DNA of 64,000 nucleotides from Escherichia coli (GTDB lineage Bacteria; Pseudomonadota; Gammaproteobacteria; Enterobacterales; Enterobacteriaceae): NCBI RefSeq assembly GCF_003334355.1, contig NZ_QOWP01000006.1; one strand, 5' to 3'. Shown piece by piece: positions 54,189 to 64,000 of this stretch (position 1 is its first letter; each line of letters starts with the position of its first letter). The notes under the pieces were generated by a model. It saw only the letters and a program-made list of their open reading frames with translations, ran no database searches and was not told where the DNA came from. The position numbers and the translations under genes were made by a program.

Positions 54189-54782
54189 TTGCCCTTCCTG
54201 TTCCTGGTCCTGTTAACCTTCCGTGCCGCCGCAGCGGACACGTTATTGATTCTGGGTGATAGCCTGAGCGCCGGGTATCGAATGTCTGCCAGCGCGGCCT
54301 GGCCTGCCTTGTTGAATGATAAGTGGCAGAGTAAAACGTCGGTAGTTAATGCCAGCATCAGCGGCGACACCTCGCAACAAGGACTGGCGCGCCTTCCGGC
54401 TCTGCTGAAACAGCATCAGCCGCGTTGGGTGCTGGTTGAACTGGGCGGCAATGACGGTTTGCGTGGTTTTCAGCCACAGCAAACCGAGCAAACGCTGCGC
54501 CAGATTTTGCAGGATGTCAAAGCCGCCAACGCTGAACCATTGTTAATGCAAATACGTCTGCCTGCAAACTATGGTCGCCGTTATAATGAAGCCTTTAGCG
54601 CCATTTACCCCAAACTCGCCAAAGAGTTTGATGTTCCGCTGCTGCCCTTTTTTATGGAAGAGGTCTACCTCAAGCCACAATGGATGCAGGATGACGGTAT
54701 TCATCCCAACCGCGACGCCCAGCCGTTTATTGCCGACTGGATGGCGAAGCAGTTGCAGCCTTTAGTAAATCATGACTCATAA
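54156..54782 (+). CDS. tesA: acyl-CoA thioesterase I / lysophospholipase L1 (SGNH)
   Basis: 208 aa from MMNFNNVFRW; GDSLS motif. Confidence 0.9.
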   Translation: MMNFNNVFRWHLPFLFLVLLTFRAAAADTLLILGDSLSAGYRMSASAAWPALLNDKWQSKTSVVNASISGDTSQQGLARLPALLKQHQPRWVLVELGGNDGLRGFQPQQTEQTLRQILQDVKAANAEPLLMQIRLPANYGRRYNEAFSAIYPKLAKEFDVPLLPFFMEEVYLKPQWMQDDGIHPNRDAQPFIADWMAKQLQPLVNHDS

Positions 54783-55581
54783 AGCAACGGAGATCCTGAC
54801 AGGTAAAGTTATGCAAAAATCGGTCTTAATTACCGGATGTTCCAGTGGAATTGGCCTGGAAAGCGCGCTCGAATTAAAACGCCAGGGTTTTCATGTGCTG
54901 GCAGGTTGCCGGAAACCGGATGATGTTGAGCGTATGAACAGCATGGGATTTACCGGCGTGTTGATCGATCTGGATTCGCCAGAAAGTGTTGATCGCGCAG
55001 CCGACGAAGTGATCGCCCTGACCGATAATTGTCTGTATGGGATCTTTAACAATGCCGGATTCGGCATGTATGGCCCCCTTTCCACCATCAGCCGTGCGCA
55101 GATGGAACAGCAGTTTTCCGCCAACTTTTTCGGCGCACACCAGCTCACCATGCGCCTGTTACCCGCGATGTTACCGCACGGTGAAGGGCGTATTGTGATG
55201 ACATCATCGGTGATGGGATTAATCTCCACGCCGGGTCGTGGCGCTTACGCGGCCAGTAAATATGCGCTGGAGGCGTGGTCAGACGCACTGCGCATGGAGC
55301 TGCGCCACAGCGGAATTAAAGTCAGCCTGATCGAACCCGGTCCCATTCGTACTCGCTTCACCGACAACGTCAACCAGACGCAAAGTGATAAACCAGTCGA
55401 AAATCCCGGCATCGCCGCCCGCTTTACGTTGGGACCGGAAGCGGTGGTGGACAAAGTACGCCATGCTTTTATTAGCGAGAAGCCGAAGATGCGCTATCCG
55501 GTAACGCTGGTGACCTGGGCAGTAATGGTGCTCAAGCGCCTGCTGCCGGGGCGCGTGATGGACAAAATATTGCAGGGGTGA
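54772..55581 (+). CDS. ybbO: short-chain dehydrogenase/reductase YbbO
   Basis: 269 aa, TGCSSGIG Rossmann motif. Confidence 0.85.
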   Translation: MTHKATEILTGKVMQKSVLITGCSSGIGLESALELKRQGFHVLAGCRKPDDVERMNSMGFTGVLIDLDSPESVDRAADEVIALTDNCLYGIFNNAGFGMYGPLSTISRAQMEQQFSANFFGAHQLTMRLLPAMLPHGEGRIVMTSSVMGLISTPGRGAYAASKYALEAWSDALRMELRHSGIKVSLIEPGPIRTRFTDNVNQTQSDKPVENPGIAARFTLGPEAVVDKVRHAFISEKPKMRYPVTLVTWAVMVLKRLLPGRVMDKILQG

Positions 55582-55599
55582 GTTGAAGCGCGCGCTTAA

Positions 55600-56496
<897 letters not shown>

Positions 56497-56558
56497 TATT
56501 CCGTTGATCGGCACATGAACCACAACGCCGGATGCGATGCTGCGCATCCGGCATCGCA

Positions 56559-57338
56559 TCATTTCTTCTTCAATTGCGTCACCACCAACTGGTGGCGCGA
56601 ATTATAAAACTTACGATAGGTTAAATAGCAGGCAATAATGGTCGACAAGCTGGCGGTTGAGAGCAGCATAAAGGTCACCATAATCTGATATTTAATCGCC
56701 TTCACCGGATCAATCCCGGCAAATATCAGCCCGGACATCATTCCTGGTAAACTCACTAAGCCAACCGTTTTTGCTGAATCGACCGTCGGAATTAAAGCCG
56801 CGCGAATACTGTCGCGAATCAATATCGCTGAAGCCTGCTTCGGCGTCGCGCCAAGACTCAGTTTCTCCTGAATCTGTTGCTGTTCGCTAATGACCCGTTG
56901 CCCTAAATTGTTGTAACACAACCCCACCGCTACCATGGCGTTACCGGCAATCATCCCGGCGATAGGGATCACCTGCATCGGGATAAATTCAATCGACCCT
57001 GAGAGAATCAGCACCGCCAGGGTAATTCCCGCCCCGACCGTAATGGCAATAAACGATGAGATAAAAGCTTTAGCAATATATTTACTGCGTTTTTGCGCGT
57101 TCCACGCCGCATTAAAGCAGATAAATAACACCATCAATAATGTCAGGCTGGCATCATCCACGCTGAAAATATACTTCAGCACATAGCCGACAATAATCAG
57201 CTGAATTATCGCTCGCCCGACGCTCCAGAGAATATCTTTCTCCAGCGCCAGTTTTTCTTTATGGCTAATTAAGATTGCCACCACCACCAGCATTAATGCC
57301 AGTGCTAATGATTCGTTAGTAATATTATGCGAGTTCAT
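56559..57338 (-). CDS. fetB: iron export ABC permease FetB (YbbM)
   Basis: 259 aa from MNSHNITNESLALALML; overlaps upstream ATPase gene. Confidence 0.8.
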   Translation of the reverse strand: MNSHNITNESLALALMLVVVAILISHKEKLALEKDILWSVGRAIIQLIIVGYVLKYIFSVDDASLTLLMVLFICFNAAWNAQKRSKYIAKAFISSFIAITVGAGITLAVLILSGSIEFIPMQVIPIAGMIAGNAMVAVGLCYNNLGQRVISEQQQIQEKLSLGATPKQASAILIRDSIRAALIPTVDSAKTVGLVSLPGMMSGLIFAGIDPVKAIKYQIMVTFMLLSTASLSTIIACYLTYRKFYNSRHQLVVTQLKKK

Positions 57339-58002
57339 AGCGTGCTTCCTGCATTTCTCCGGCATGCGGTTGCAGTGTAATCACTTTATCCGCATGATTA
57401 ATTTCGTCTTTATCGTGTGTCACCCACAGCACGGCAATATTTTGCTCGCGCACATAACGATGGATCATCTCATTGACGTTATGTTTATTACTTTCATCCA
57501 GCGCACTGGTTATTTCATCCAGCAATAAAACCTTCGGCATAAATTGCAGGTTACGAATCAATGAGATGCGTTGTTTTTCACCACCAGATAGCTCGGCGAT
57601 ATCCTTCGTCAAAATGCTGTCCGGCAAAGCGAAGCGTTCGAGAAAATCGAGAAAAATGGCCGGGTCAGGCTGCTGGTTACGGATCTGCCAGGGAAAGATC
57701 AGATTATCGTATACCGTATCGCCAAACAGCGTCGGTGTCTGGGCGCAGTAAGAGACTTGCTGGCGGTAGATTTCTGGCTTTAGTGTGCTGACATCCTCCC
57801 CTTCAAACAGTAACGTTCCGCTGGTTGGGCTGATCAATGAAGCAACTATTTTTAGCAGCGTACTTTTGCCACAACCAGAAGGACCGGTAATTAACTTAAA
57901 TTCGCCAGCACGCAGCGAAAAATTGATGTTATTAAGAATCTTCGTATCACCCGCCAGATATCCTACGTTTTGTAGCTGAAGCAAAGGACTATTTTCCTGC
58001 AT
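57325..58002 (-). CDS. fetA: iron export ABC ATPase FetA (YbbL)
   Basis: 225 aa, Walker A GPSGCGKST. Confidence 0.85.
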   Translation of the reverse strand: MQENSPLLQLQNVGYLAGDTKILNNINFSLRAGEFKLITGPSGCGKSTLLKIVASLISPTSGTLLFEGEDVSTLKPEIYRQQVSYCAQTPTLFGDTVYDNLIFPWQIRNQQPDPAIFLDFLERFALPDSILTKDIAELSGGEKQRISLIRNLQFMPKVLLLDEITSALDESNKHNVNEMIHRYVREQNIAVLWVTHDKDEINHADKVITLQPHAGEMQEARYELA

Positions 58003-58147
58003 CGCTGTTCCCTTTTTCTGATTTTTACTAAAAACAGTTTATCCTTCGCAGGAATAAGGGGGAACTCTCTTTCAGTAATCAGGTATAATTTGTTTAATCA
58101 AGCAGCAATTTTGCTGATTATGGACGGTACAACAGGAGGTTTTTCCG

Positions 58148-59065
58148 ATGCTTATCTTTATCCCGATTCTCATTTTTGTCGCGCTGGTCATTGTCGGCGC
58201 GGGCGTCAAAATCGTGCCGCAGGGCTATCAATGGACGGTAGAACGTTTTGGTCGCTATACCAAAACGTTACAGCCGGGGCTCAGTCTGGTGGTGCCGTTT
58301 ATGGATCGCATTGGTCGCAAGATCAATATGATGGAGCAAGTGCTCGATATCCCTTCCCAGGAAGTTATCTCGAAAGATAACGCCAACGTTACCATCGACG
58401 CAGTCTGTTTTATTCAGGTGATTGACGCGCCGCGCGCGGCTTATGAAGTCAGCAATCTGGAGCTGGCGATCATCAACCTGACCATGACTAACATCCGTAC
58501 CGTGTTGGGTTCAATGGAACTTGACGAAATGCTCTCTCAGCGCGACAGCATCAACTCACGCCTGCTGCGTATTGTCGATGAAGCCACCAACCCGTGGGGG
58601 ATTAAAGTCACCCGTATTGAAATTCGCGACGTGCGCCCACCGGCAGAGCTTATCTCTTCAATGAACGCGCAGATGAAAGCGGAACGTACCAAACGCGCTT
58701 ACATTCTTGAAGCGGAAGGGATCCGTCAGGCGGAAATCCTCAAAGCCGAAGGTGAAAAACAGTCGCAAATCCTGAAAGCGGAAGGCGAACGTCAGTCGGC
58801 GTTTTTACAGGCTGAAGCGCGTGAACGTTCCGCCGAAGCAGAAGCCCGCGCCACCAAAATGGTGTCTGAAGCTATCGCCTCCGGTGATATTCAGGCGGTG
58901 AACTACTTCGTAGCGCAGAAATACACCGAAGCGTTACAGCAGATCGGTTCGTCCAGCAACAGCAAAGTAGTGATGATGCCATTAGAGGCCAGCAGCCTGA
59001 TGGGGTCGATTGCCGGGATTGCCGAGCTGGTGAAAGACAGCGCCAACAAGCGGACTCAGCCATGA
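58148..59065 (+). CDS. qmcA: SPFH/band-7 family protein QmcA
   Basis: 305 aa, N-terminal TM plus stomatin-like domain. Confidence 0.85.
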
Positions 59066-59520
59066 TGGAGTTAATGGTCGTTCATCCACATATTTTCTGG
59101 CTCAGTCTCGGCGGTTTGCTGCTGGCAGCCGAGATGCTGGGCGGAAATGGTTATTTGTTGTGGAGCGGCGTGGCAGCGGTGATTACCGGCCTGGTGGTCT
59201 GGCTGGTGCCGCTGGGTTGGGAGTGGCAAGGGGTAATGTTTGCCATCCTGACGCTGCTCGCCGCCTGGCTGTGGTGGAAATGGTTGTCGCGGCGGGTGCG
59301 CGAACAAAAGCACAGCGATAGTCATTTAAACCAGCGCGGGCAGCAGCTGATTGGCCGACGTTTTGTGCTGGAATCTCCGCTGGTCAACGGGCGCGGTCAT
59401 ATGCGCGTCGGTGACAGTTCATGGCCTGTCAGCGCCAGCGAGGATCTCGGTGCAGGTACGCATGTTGAAGTCATTGCGATAGAAGGGATAACCCTACATA
59501 TCCGAGCCGTCTCGTCTTAA
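59062..59520 (+). CDS. ybbJ: NfeD-like membrane protein YbbJ
   Basis: 152 aa, overlaps qmcA stop. Confidence 0.8.
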
Positions 59521-59928
59521 TCACCCTGCCCGATGATGACAGCAGCCGGAGAGATTTTCGATAATCGGGCAGTCGGCGCTGTCATCGCCAGGGCAGGCAT
59601 TCGCCAGTGCCAGCAGCTGGTCGCGCATGGATTGCAGCTCCTCAATGTGTCGTTCGATCTCCGCCACCTTCTCCAGCGTGCGCCGTTTGACGTCGGCGCT
59701 GTGCCGCTGCGGGTCGTTAAACAGATTCACCAGCTCGCCGCTCTCTTCCAGGTTAAAGCCCACCTGCCGTGCCTGGCGCAGTAAGGTCAGTTCGTTGAGA
59801 TGCTGCTGCGTGTAGGTGCGATAACCGTTTTCGCTGCGCATCGGCGGCGTCACCAGCCCCTTCTCTTCATAGAAGCGAATGGCTTTGCTAGTCAGGCCGG
59901 TAATTTTTGCTACATCGCTGATGTTCAT
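59521..59928 (-). CDS. cueR: MerR-family copper-responsive regulator CueR
   Basis: 135 aa, [25 protein letters not shown]-terminal Cys pair. Confidence 0.9.
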
Positions 59929-60052
59929 CGTTCGCGCAACGCCTCCTGTGCTTTGTTAAAGGGTTTCAACAGATATTCAAGCACGTTTTTTTGCCAGTGC
60001 GAATATCGACCGCCACCACAATAATACAGGAAGTACTGCGCACAGAGAGATG

Positions 60053-61345
60053 TTATACGGTTTTATTGCGCTTCATGACCATTGCCACAATAAGGCTGAG
60101 TAAGAGTGAGCCAATAATCCATATCAACGCACGGCTACCCTGGGACCACAGACTGTAGATAAAGCCAACGATCACCAACAACATCACCAACGTACCAACG
60201 ATAAGAATCGGCAACGAGGCGTGAATATCATGACGCAGGCGGATCGCCACCACAAACACCGCCAGGTAGCAAATCAAAAAGGTGGCGCTGGCAACACTGG
60301 CGAGTGAGCCTAAATTTAGCGCCGCCGTCATCAGCATAATCAACACCACGACAATAATGTTGCCCCAGGTACTCTGCCGCCACAGGGATTTATTCATTAG
60401 CTTCGGCAGTTCGCGTTCGCTGCCCATGTTGTCCATGATGTTAAACACGGCGAACAGGTTCGCGTTAATGGCTGAAGCCGTCGCCAGTAAAGCGCCGATG
60501 ACGACGATCACATAACCCACATGCCCGAGCAGCGGAGAAGCAGCCTGCGCTACGGCGGTATCGGCATATTTTTCTAACTCTAATGCCGATACATCGCTAA
60601 GCAAAACCAGTGCCAGCGAGATATAAAGCAACGTGGTAACGCCAATCGCCACCAGAAACGCCCGCGGCATAATGACCTGCGGATCTTTCACTTTATCCGC
60701 CGCGTTCGCCATCATGCCAAAGCCCGCATAGGCAAGGAAGGTTATCCCGATACAGGAGAAGAACGCACCGGAGCTGGGGGGCGCAGAGACGGAAATATGC
60801 GCCGGTTGCAGCGACCAGACACCTGCAATGATCAGCAATAACAGGATCATCATTTTAATGCCGACGAGGATCACTTCCAGCCGCCCTACCGCATGGTTGC
60901 TTAAGGAGTTGAAAAGCGTCATCACCGCAATGATCCCCAACGCGTAGAGCAAAATAAGATGCTCCTCCTGGCTGCCTTCATGCAAAAACTGCACGGCATA
61001 AGCGCCAAAAGCACGGGCGACCATGGCGATGCTCACCGCCAGCGTCAACAGGTACAGTAACGAGAGCGCCAGCGAAAAGACGCCGTTACCTAATCCGCGA
61101 CGAAAGAAGTCGATAATGCCGCCATTGCTGGGATAGCTCGCCCCCAGGCGCGCATAGGCATAACCGGAAAACATCGCCACAATACCGCCAAAAGCAAAGG
61201 CGACCCAGGTCGAGGCTTCCATTAGCAATGCAGCCTGCCCCAGCAGCGCGAAGATCCCCGCCCCCACCATTGCCCCAATGCCGATGGAAACGACGTTCCA
61301 TAGACCGAGAGGTTTGTTACCGTTATTACCTTCCGTGTTCATCAT
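60053..61345 (-). CDS. ybaT: APC-family amino acid transporter YbaT
   Basis: 430-aa polytopic ORF, synteny. Confidence 0.85.
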   Translation of the reverse strand: MMNTEGNNGNKPLGLWNVVSIGIGAMVGAGIFALLGQAALLMEASTWVAFAFGGIVAMFSGYAYARLGASYPSNGGIIDFFRRGLGNGVFSLALSLLYLLTLAVSIAMVARAFGAYAVQFLHEGSQEEHLILLYALGIIAVMTLFNSLSNHAVGRLEVILVGIKMMILLLLIIAGVWSLQPAHISVSAPPSSGAFFSCIGITFLAYAGFGMMANAADKVKDPQVIMPRAFLVAIGVTTLLYISLALVLLSDVSALELEKYADTAVAQAASPLLGHVGYVIVVIGALLATASAINANLFAVFNIMDNMGSERELPKLMNKSLWRQSTWGNIIVVVLIMLMTAALNLGSLASVASATFLICYLAVFVVAIRLRHDIHASLPILIVGTLVMLLVIVGFIYSLWSQGSRALIWIIGSLLLSLIVAMVMKRNKTV

Positions 61346-61347
61346 GA

Positions 61348-62280
61348 TCAGCCCTTAAACACGTTATAGCCGAGTTGCTTAGCGACCGATGCCACCATTT
61401 TTTGACCGCGAACACTGTTGCCTTCTTCGTCCAGCGGTGGTGAGAACGCGGCAATTCCCATCACGCCAGGGACGACCGCCAGAATACCGCCACCTACACC
61501 GCTTTTGCCCGGTAAACCAACGCGATACGCCCAATCACCGGAGCGACCATACAGCCCTTCCATCATCATTTCGGCCAGAATGTACGGCACGTTGTCGGCC
61601 TGAAGAACGCGTTTATGCGTCAGCGGATTCACACCACCCGCCGCCAGCGTCGCGCCAAGCGTTGCCAGTTCAACAGTATTGATGAGCGTGGAGCACTGAC
61701 GGGTGTACACGTCACAGGCTTCCATTGCATCACAATAGAGATATCCGGCGGAGTACAGCAGCCAGGCAATGGCCCGGTTATGGAAGTTGGTTGTTTGTTC
61801 CGACTGGTTGACTTCATCAGAGAGCGCTACCTGCTCACCAGCCAGTTGCTGTTGGATATGTAAAATTCGCTGCCAGCGTTGTTCAATATTTTCAGCGTTA
61901 ATCAGGCTGGTGGTGGCAATAGCGCCAGCATTTACCAGTGGCGACAGTGGTTTGCCGCCATGCAACTCTAAGGCGATAACTGAGTTAAAGGGCAATCCGG
62001 TCGGGTCAGCGCCAATTTTGTCCTGTACCGCCTGCGGGCCGACATCTTCTAACGCAAGGGCTAACGTACAGACTTTCGAGATGGATTCCAGCGCAAAGCG
62101 GTAATCACTATCACCCGCGCGATAGATGTTGCCATCGCAGGTCACAATAGCCACTGCTGCCAGTTGACCAGGTACATTCGCCAGAAAGGGAATGTAGTCG
62201 GCATTTTGTCCGCCATTAAGTGAGTGAAATTGGGTGTAAGCCTGATCCACTGCCTGCTGTAATTTGTTTGCATCTAACAT
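61348..62280 (-). CDS. glsA: glutaminase 1
   Basis: 310 aa, serine beta-lactamase-like glutaminase. Confidence 0.9.
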   Translation of the reverse strand: MLDANKLQQAVDQAYTQFHSLNGGQNADYIPFLANVPGQLAAVAIVTCDGNIYRAGDSDYRFALESISKVCTLALALEDVGPQAVQDKIGADPTGLPFNSVIALELHGGKPLSPLVNAGAIATTSLINAENIEQRWQRILHIQQQLAGEQVALSDEVNQSEQTTNFHNRAIAWLLYSAGYLYCDAMEACDVYTRQCSTLINTVELATLGATLAAGGVNPLTHKRVLQADNVPYILAEMMMEGLYGRSGDWAYRVGLPGKSGVGGGILAVVPGVMGIAAFSPPLDEEGNSVRGQKMVASVAKQLGYNVFKG

Positions 62281-62471
62281 CTTTTGTTAACTCCTTTTTA
62301 TAGATGCGGGAGGTAATTCCTCACCCCGGTGCCGATTTTCAGGCATCCTGATTTAACTTAGCACCTGCAACTTAACTACAGGAAAACAAAGAGATAAATG
62401 TCTAATCCTGATGCAAATTGAGCCAATTTTTTAATCTTTACGGACTTTTACTCGCCTGGTTTATTAATTTC

Positions 62472-62502
62472 TTGACCTTCCCCTTGCTGGAAGGTTTAAC
62501 CT
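62472..62502 (+). promoter_or_regulatory. copA promoter with CueR operator
   Basis: -35 TTGACC then inverted repeat CCTTCC-N7-GGAAGG (62476-62494), typical MerR-type long-spacer promoter. Confidence 0.7.
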
Positions 62503-62540
62503 TTATCACAGCCAGTCAAAACTGTCTTAAAGGAGTGTTT

Positions 62541-64000
62541 TATGTCACAAACTATCGACCTGACCCTGGACGGCCTGTCCTGCGGTCACTGCGTTAAACG
62601 CGTGAAAGAAAGTCTTGAACAGCGCCCGGATGTGGAACAAGCGGATGTGTCTATCACTGAAGCGCACGTTACCGGGACTGCCAGTGCAGAACAGCTGATC
62701 GAAACCATCAAACAAGCGGGTTATGACGCATCTGTAAGCCACCCAAAGGCTAAACCGCTGGCGGAGTCATCAATCCCGTCGGAAGCACTGACAGCGGTTT
62801 CTGAGGCGCTTCCGGCAGCGACCGCCGATGACGATGACAGCCAGCAGTTGCTGCTGAGCGGCATGAGCTGCGCCAGCTGTGTCACCCGCGTACAAAATGC
62901 GCTGCAAAGCGTACCGGGCGTCACTCAGGCACGGGTAAACCTGGCGGAGCGTACTGCGCTGGTGATGGGCAGTGCCTCCCCACAAGATTTAGTGCAGGCG
63001 GTGGAAAAAGCGGGCTACGGTGCGGAAGCGATTGAAGATGACGCTAAACGCCGCGAGCGCCAGCAAGAAACCGCCGTAGCTACGATGAAGCGCTTCCGCT
63101 GGCAGGCAATTGTTGCACTGGCTGTGGGTATCCCGGTAATGGTCTGGGGGATGATCGGCGATAACATGATGGTCACCGCTGACAACCGCAGCTTGTGGTT
63201 AGTTATCGGCCTGATAACCCTGGCAGTGATGGTTTTCGCCGGCGGCCATTTTTACCGCAGTGCATGGAAAAGCCTGCTGAACGGTGCAGCGACGATGGAT
63301 ACGCTGGTGGCGCTGGGAACGGGTGTGGCGTGGCTCTATTCGATGAGCGTCAACCTGTGGCCGCAGTGGTTCCCGATGGAAGCGCGGCATCTTTACTATG
63401 AAGCCAGTGCGATGATTATCGGTCTGATTAATCTCGGCCATATGCTGGAAGCGCGCGCACGTCAGCGTTCTTCTAAGGCGCTGGAGAAATTACTCGATTT
63501 AACCCCACCGACGGCGCGAGTGGTCACCGCAGAGGGTGAAAAAAGCGTGCCGCTGGCGGAAGTTCAGCCAGGGATGTTACTGCGCCTGACGACCGGCGAT
63601 CGCGTGCCGGTAGATGGCGAGATTACCCAGGGCGAAGCATGGCTGGATGAAGCGATGCTGACGGGCGAACCAATCCCACAGCAAAAAGGCGAAGGCGAAA
63701 GCGTCCATGCCGGGACAGTGGTACAGGACGGCAGTGTGCTGTTTCGTGCCAGTGCGGTTGGCAGCCATACCACGCTGTCACGGATCATTCGCATGGTGCG
63801 CCAGGCCCAGAGCAGCAAGCCAGAAATCGGTCAGCTGGCGGATAAAATCTCAGCCGTATTTGTACCTGTGGTGGTGGTGATTGCGCTGGTCAGTGCGGCA
63901 ATCTGGTACTTCTTTGGTCCGGCACCGCAAATTGTTTATACCCTGGTGATTGCCACCACGGTACTGATTATCGCCTGTCCGTGTGCGCTGGGGCTGGCGA
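62541..64000 (+). CDS. copA: Cu(I)-translocating P-type ATPase CopA, N-terminal part (continues beyond window)
   Basis: [21 protein letters not shown] with two GxxCxxC metal-binding motifs; open to window end. Confidence 0.9.

Overview
The window is an Escherichia coli-type chromosomal segment, collinear (in reverse orientation) with the K-12 nfrB to copA interval. Gene identities and K-12 comparisons are from memory of the K-12 map and protein sequences; no search was run. Left end (1-8450): a low-GC accessory island carrying the 3' end of a T6SS vgrG, a DUF1795 Eag-type chaperone, a prePAAR/PAAR-Rhs effector split by a frameshift, AT-rich downstream ORFs interrupted at A7 tracts, and an ISAs1 (H-repeat) transposase. 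Core genes then follow: nfrB (frameshifted) and nfrA, ybcH, envY, tRNA-Arg (argU) with no prophage attached, fimZ, the sfmACDHF fimbrial operon, folD, ybcJ, ybcI, cysS, ppiB, lpxH, purEK, the allantoin/glyoxylate regulon (allC carries an in-frame amber codon), mnmH, ybbP through cueR, ybaT, glsA and the start of copA. The most interesting element is in the mnmH-ybbP intergenic region (50440-50950), where K-12 carries the RhsD element: a compact candidate type I toxin-antitoxin module. It encodes a 27-aa hydrophobic TisB/DinQ-like peptide and a divergent ~85-nt antisense RNA with its own near-consensus promoter and terminator, and is bracketed by a 26-bp direct duplication of a terminator hairpin.
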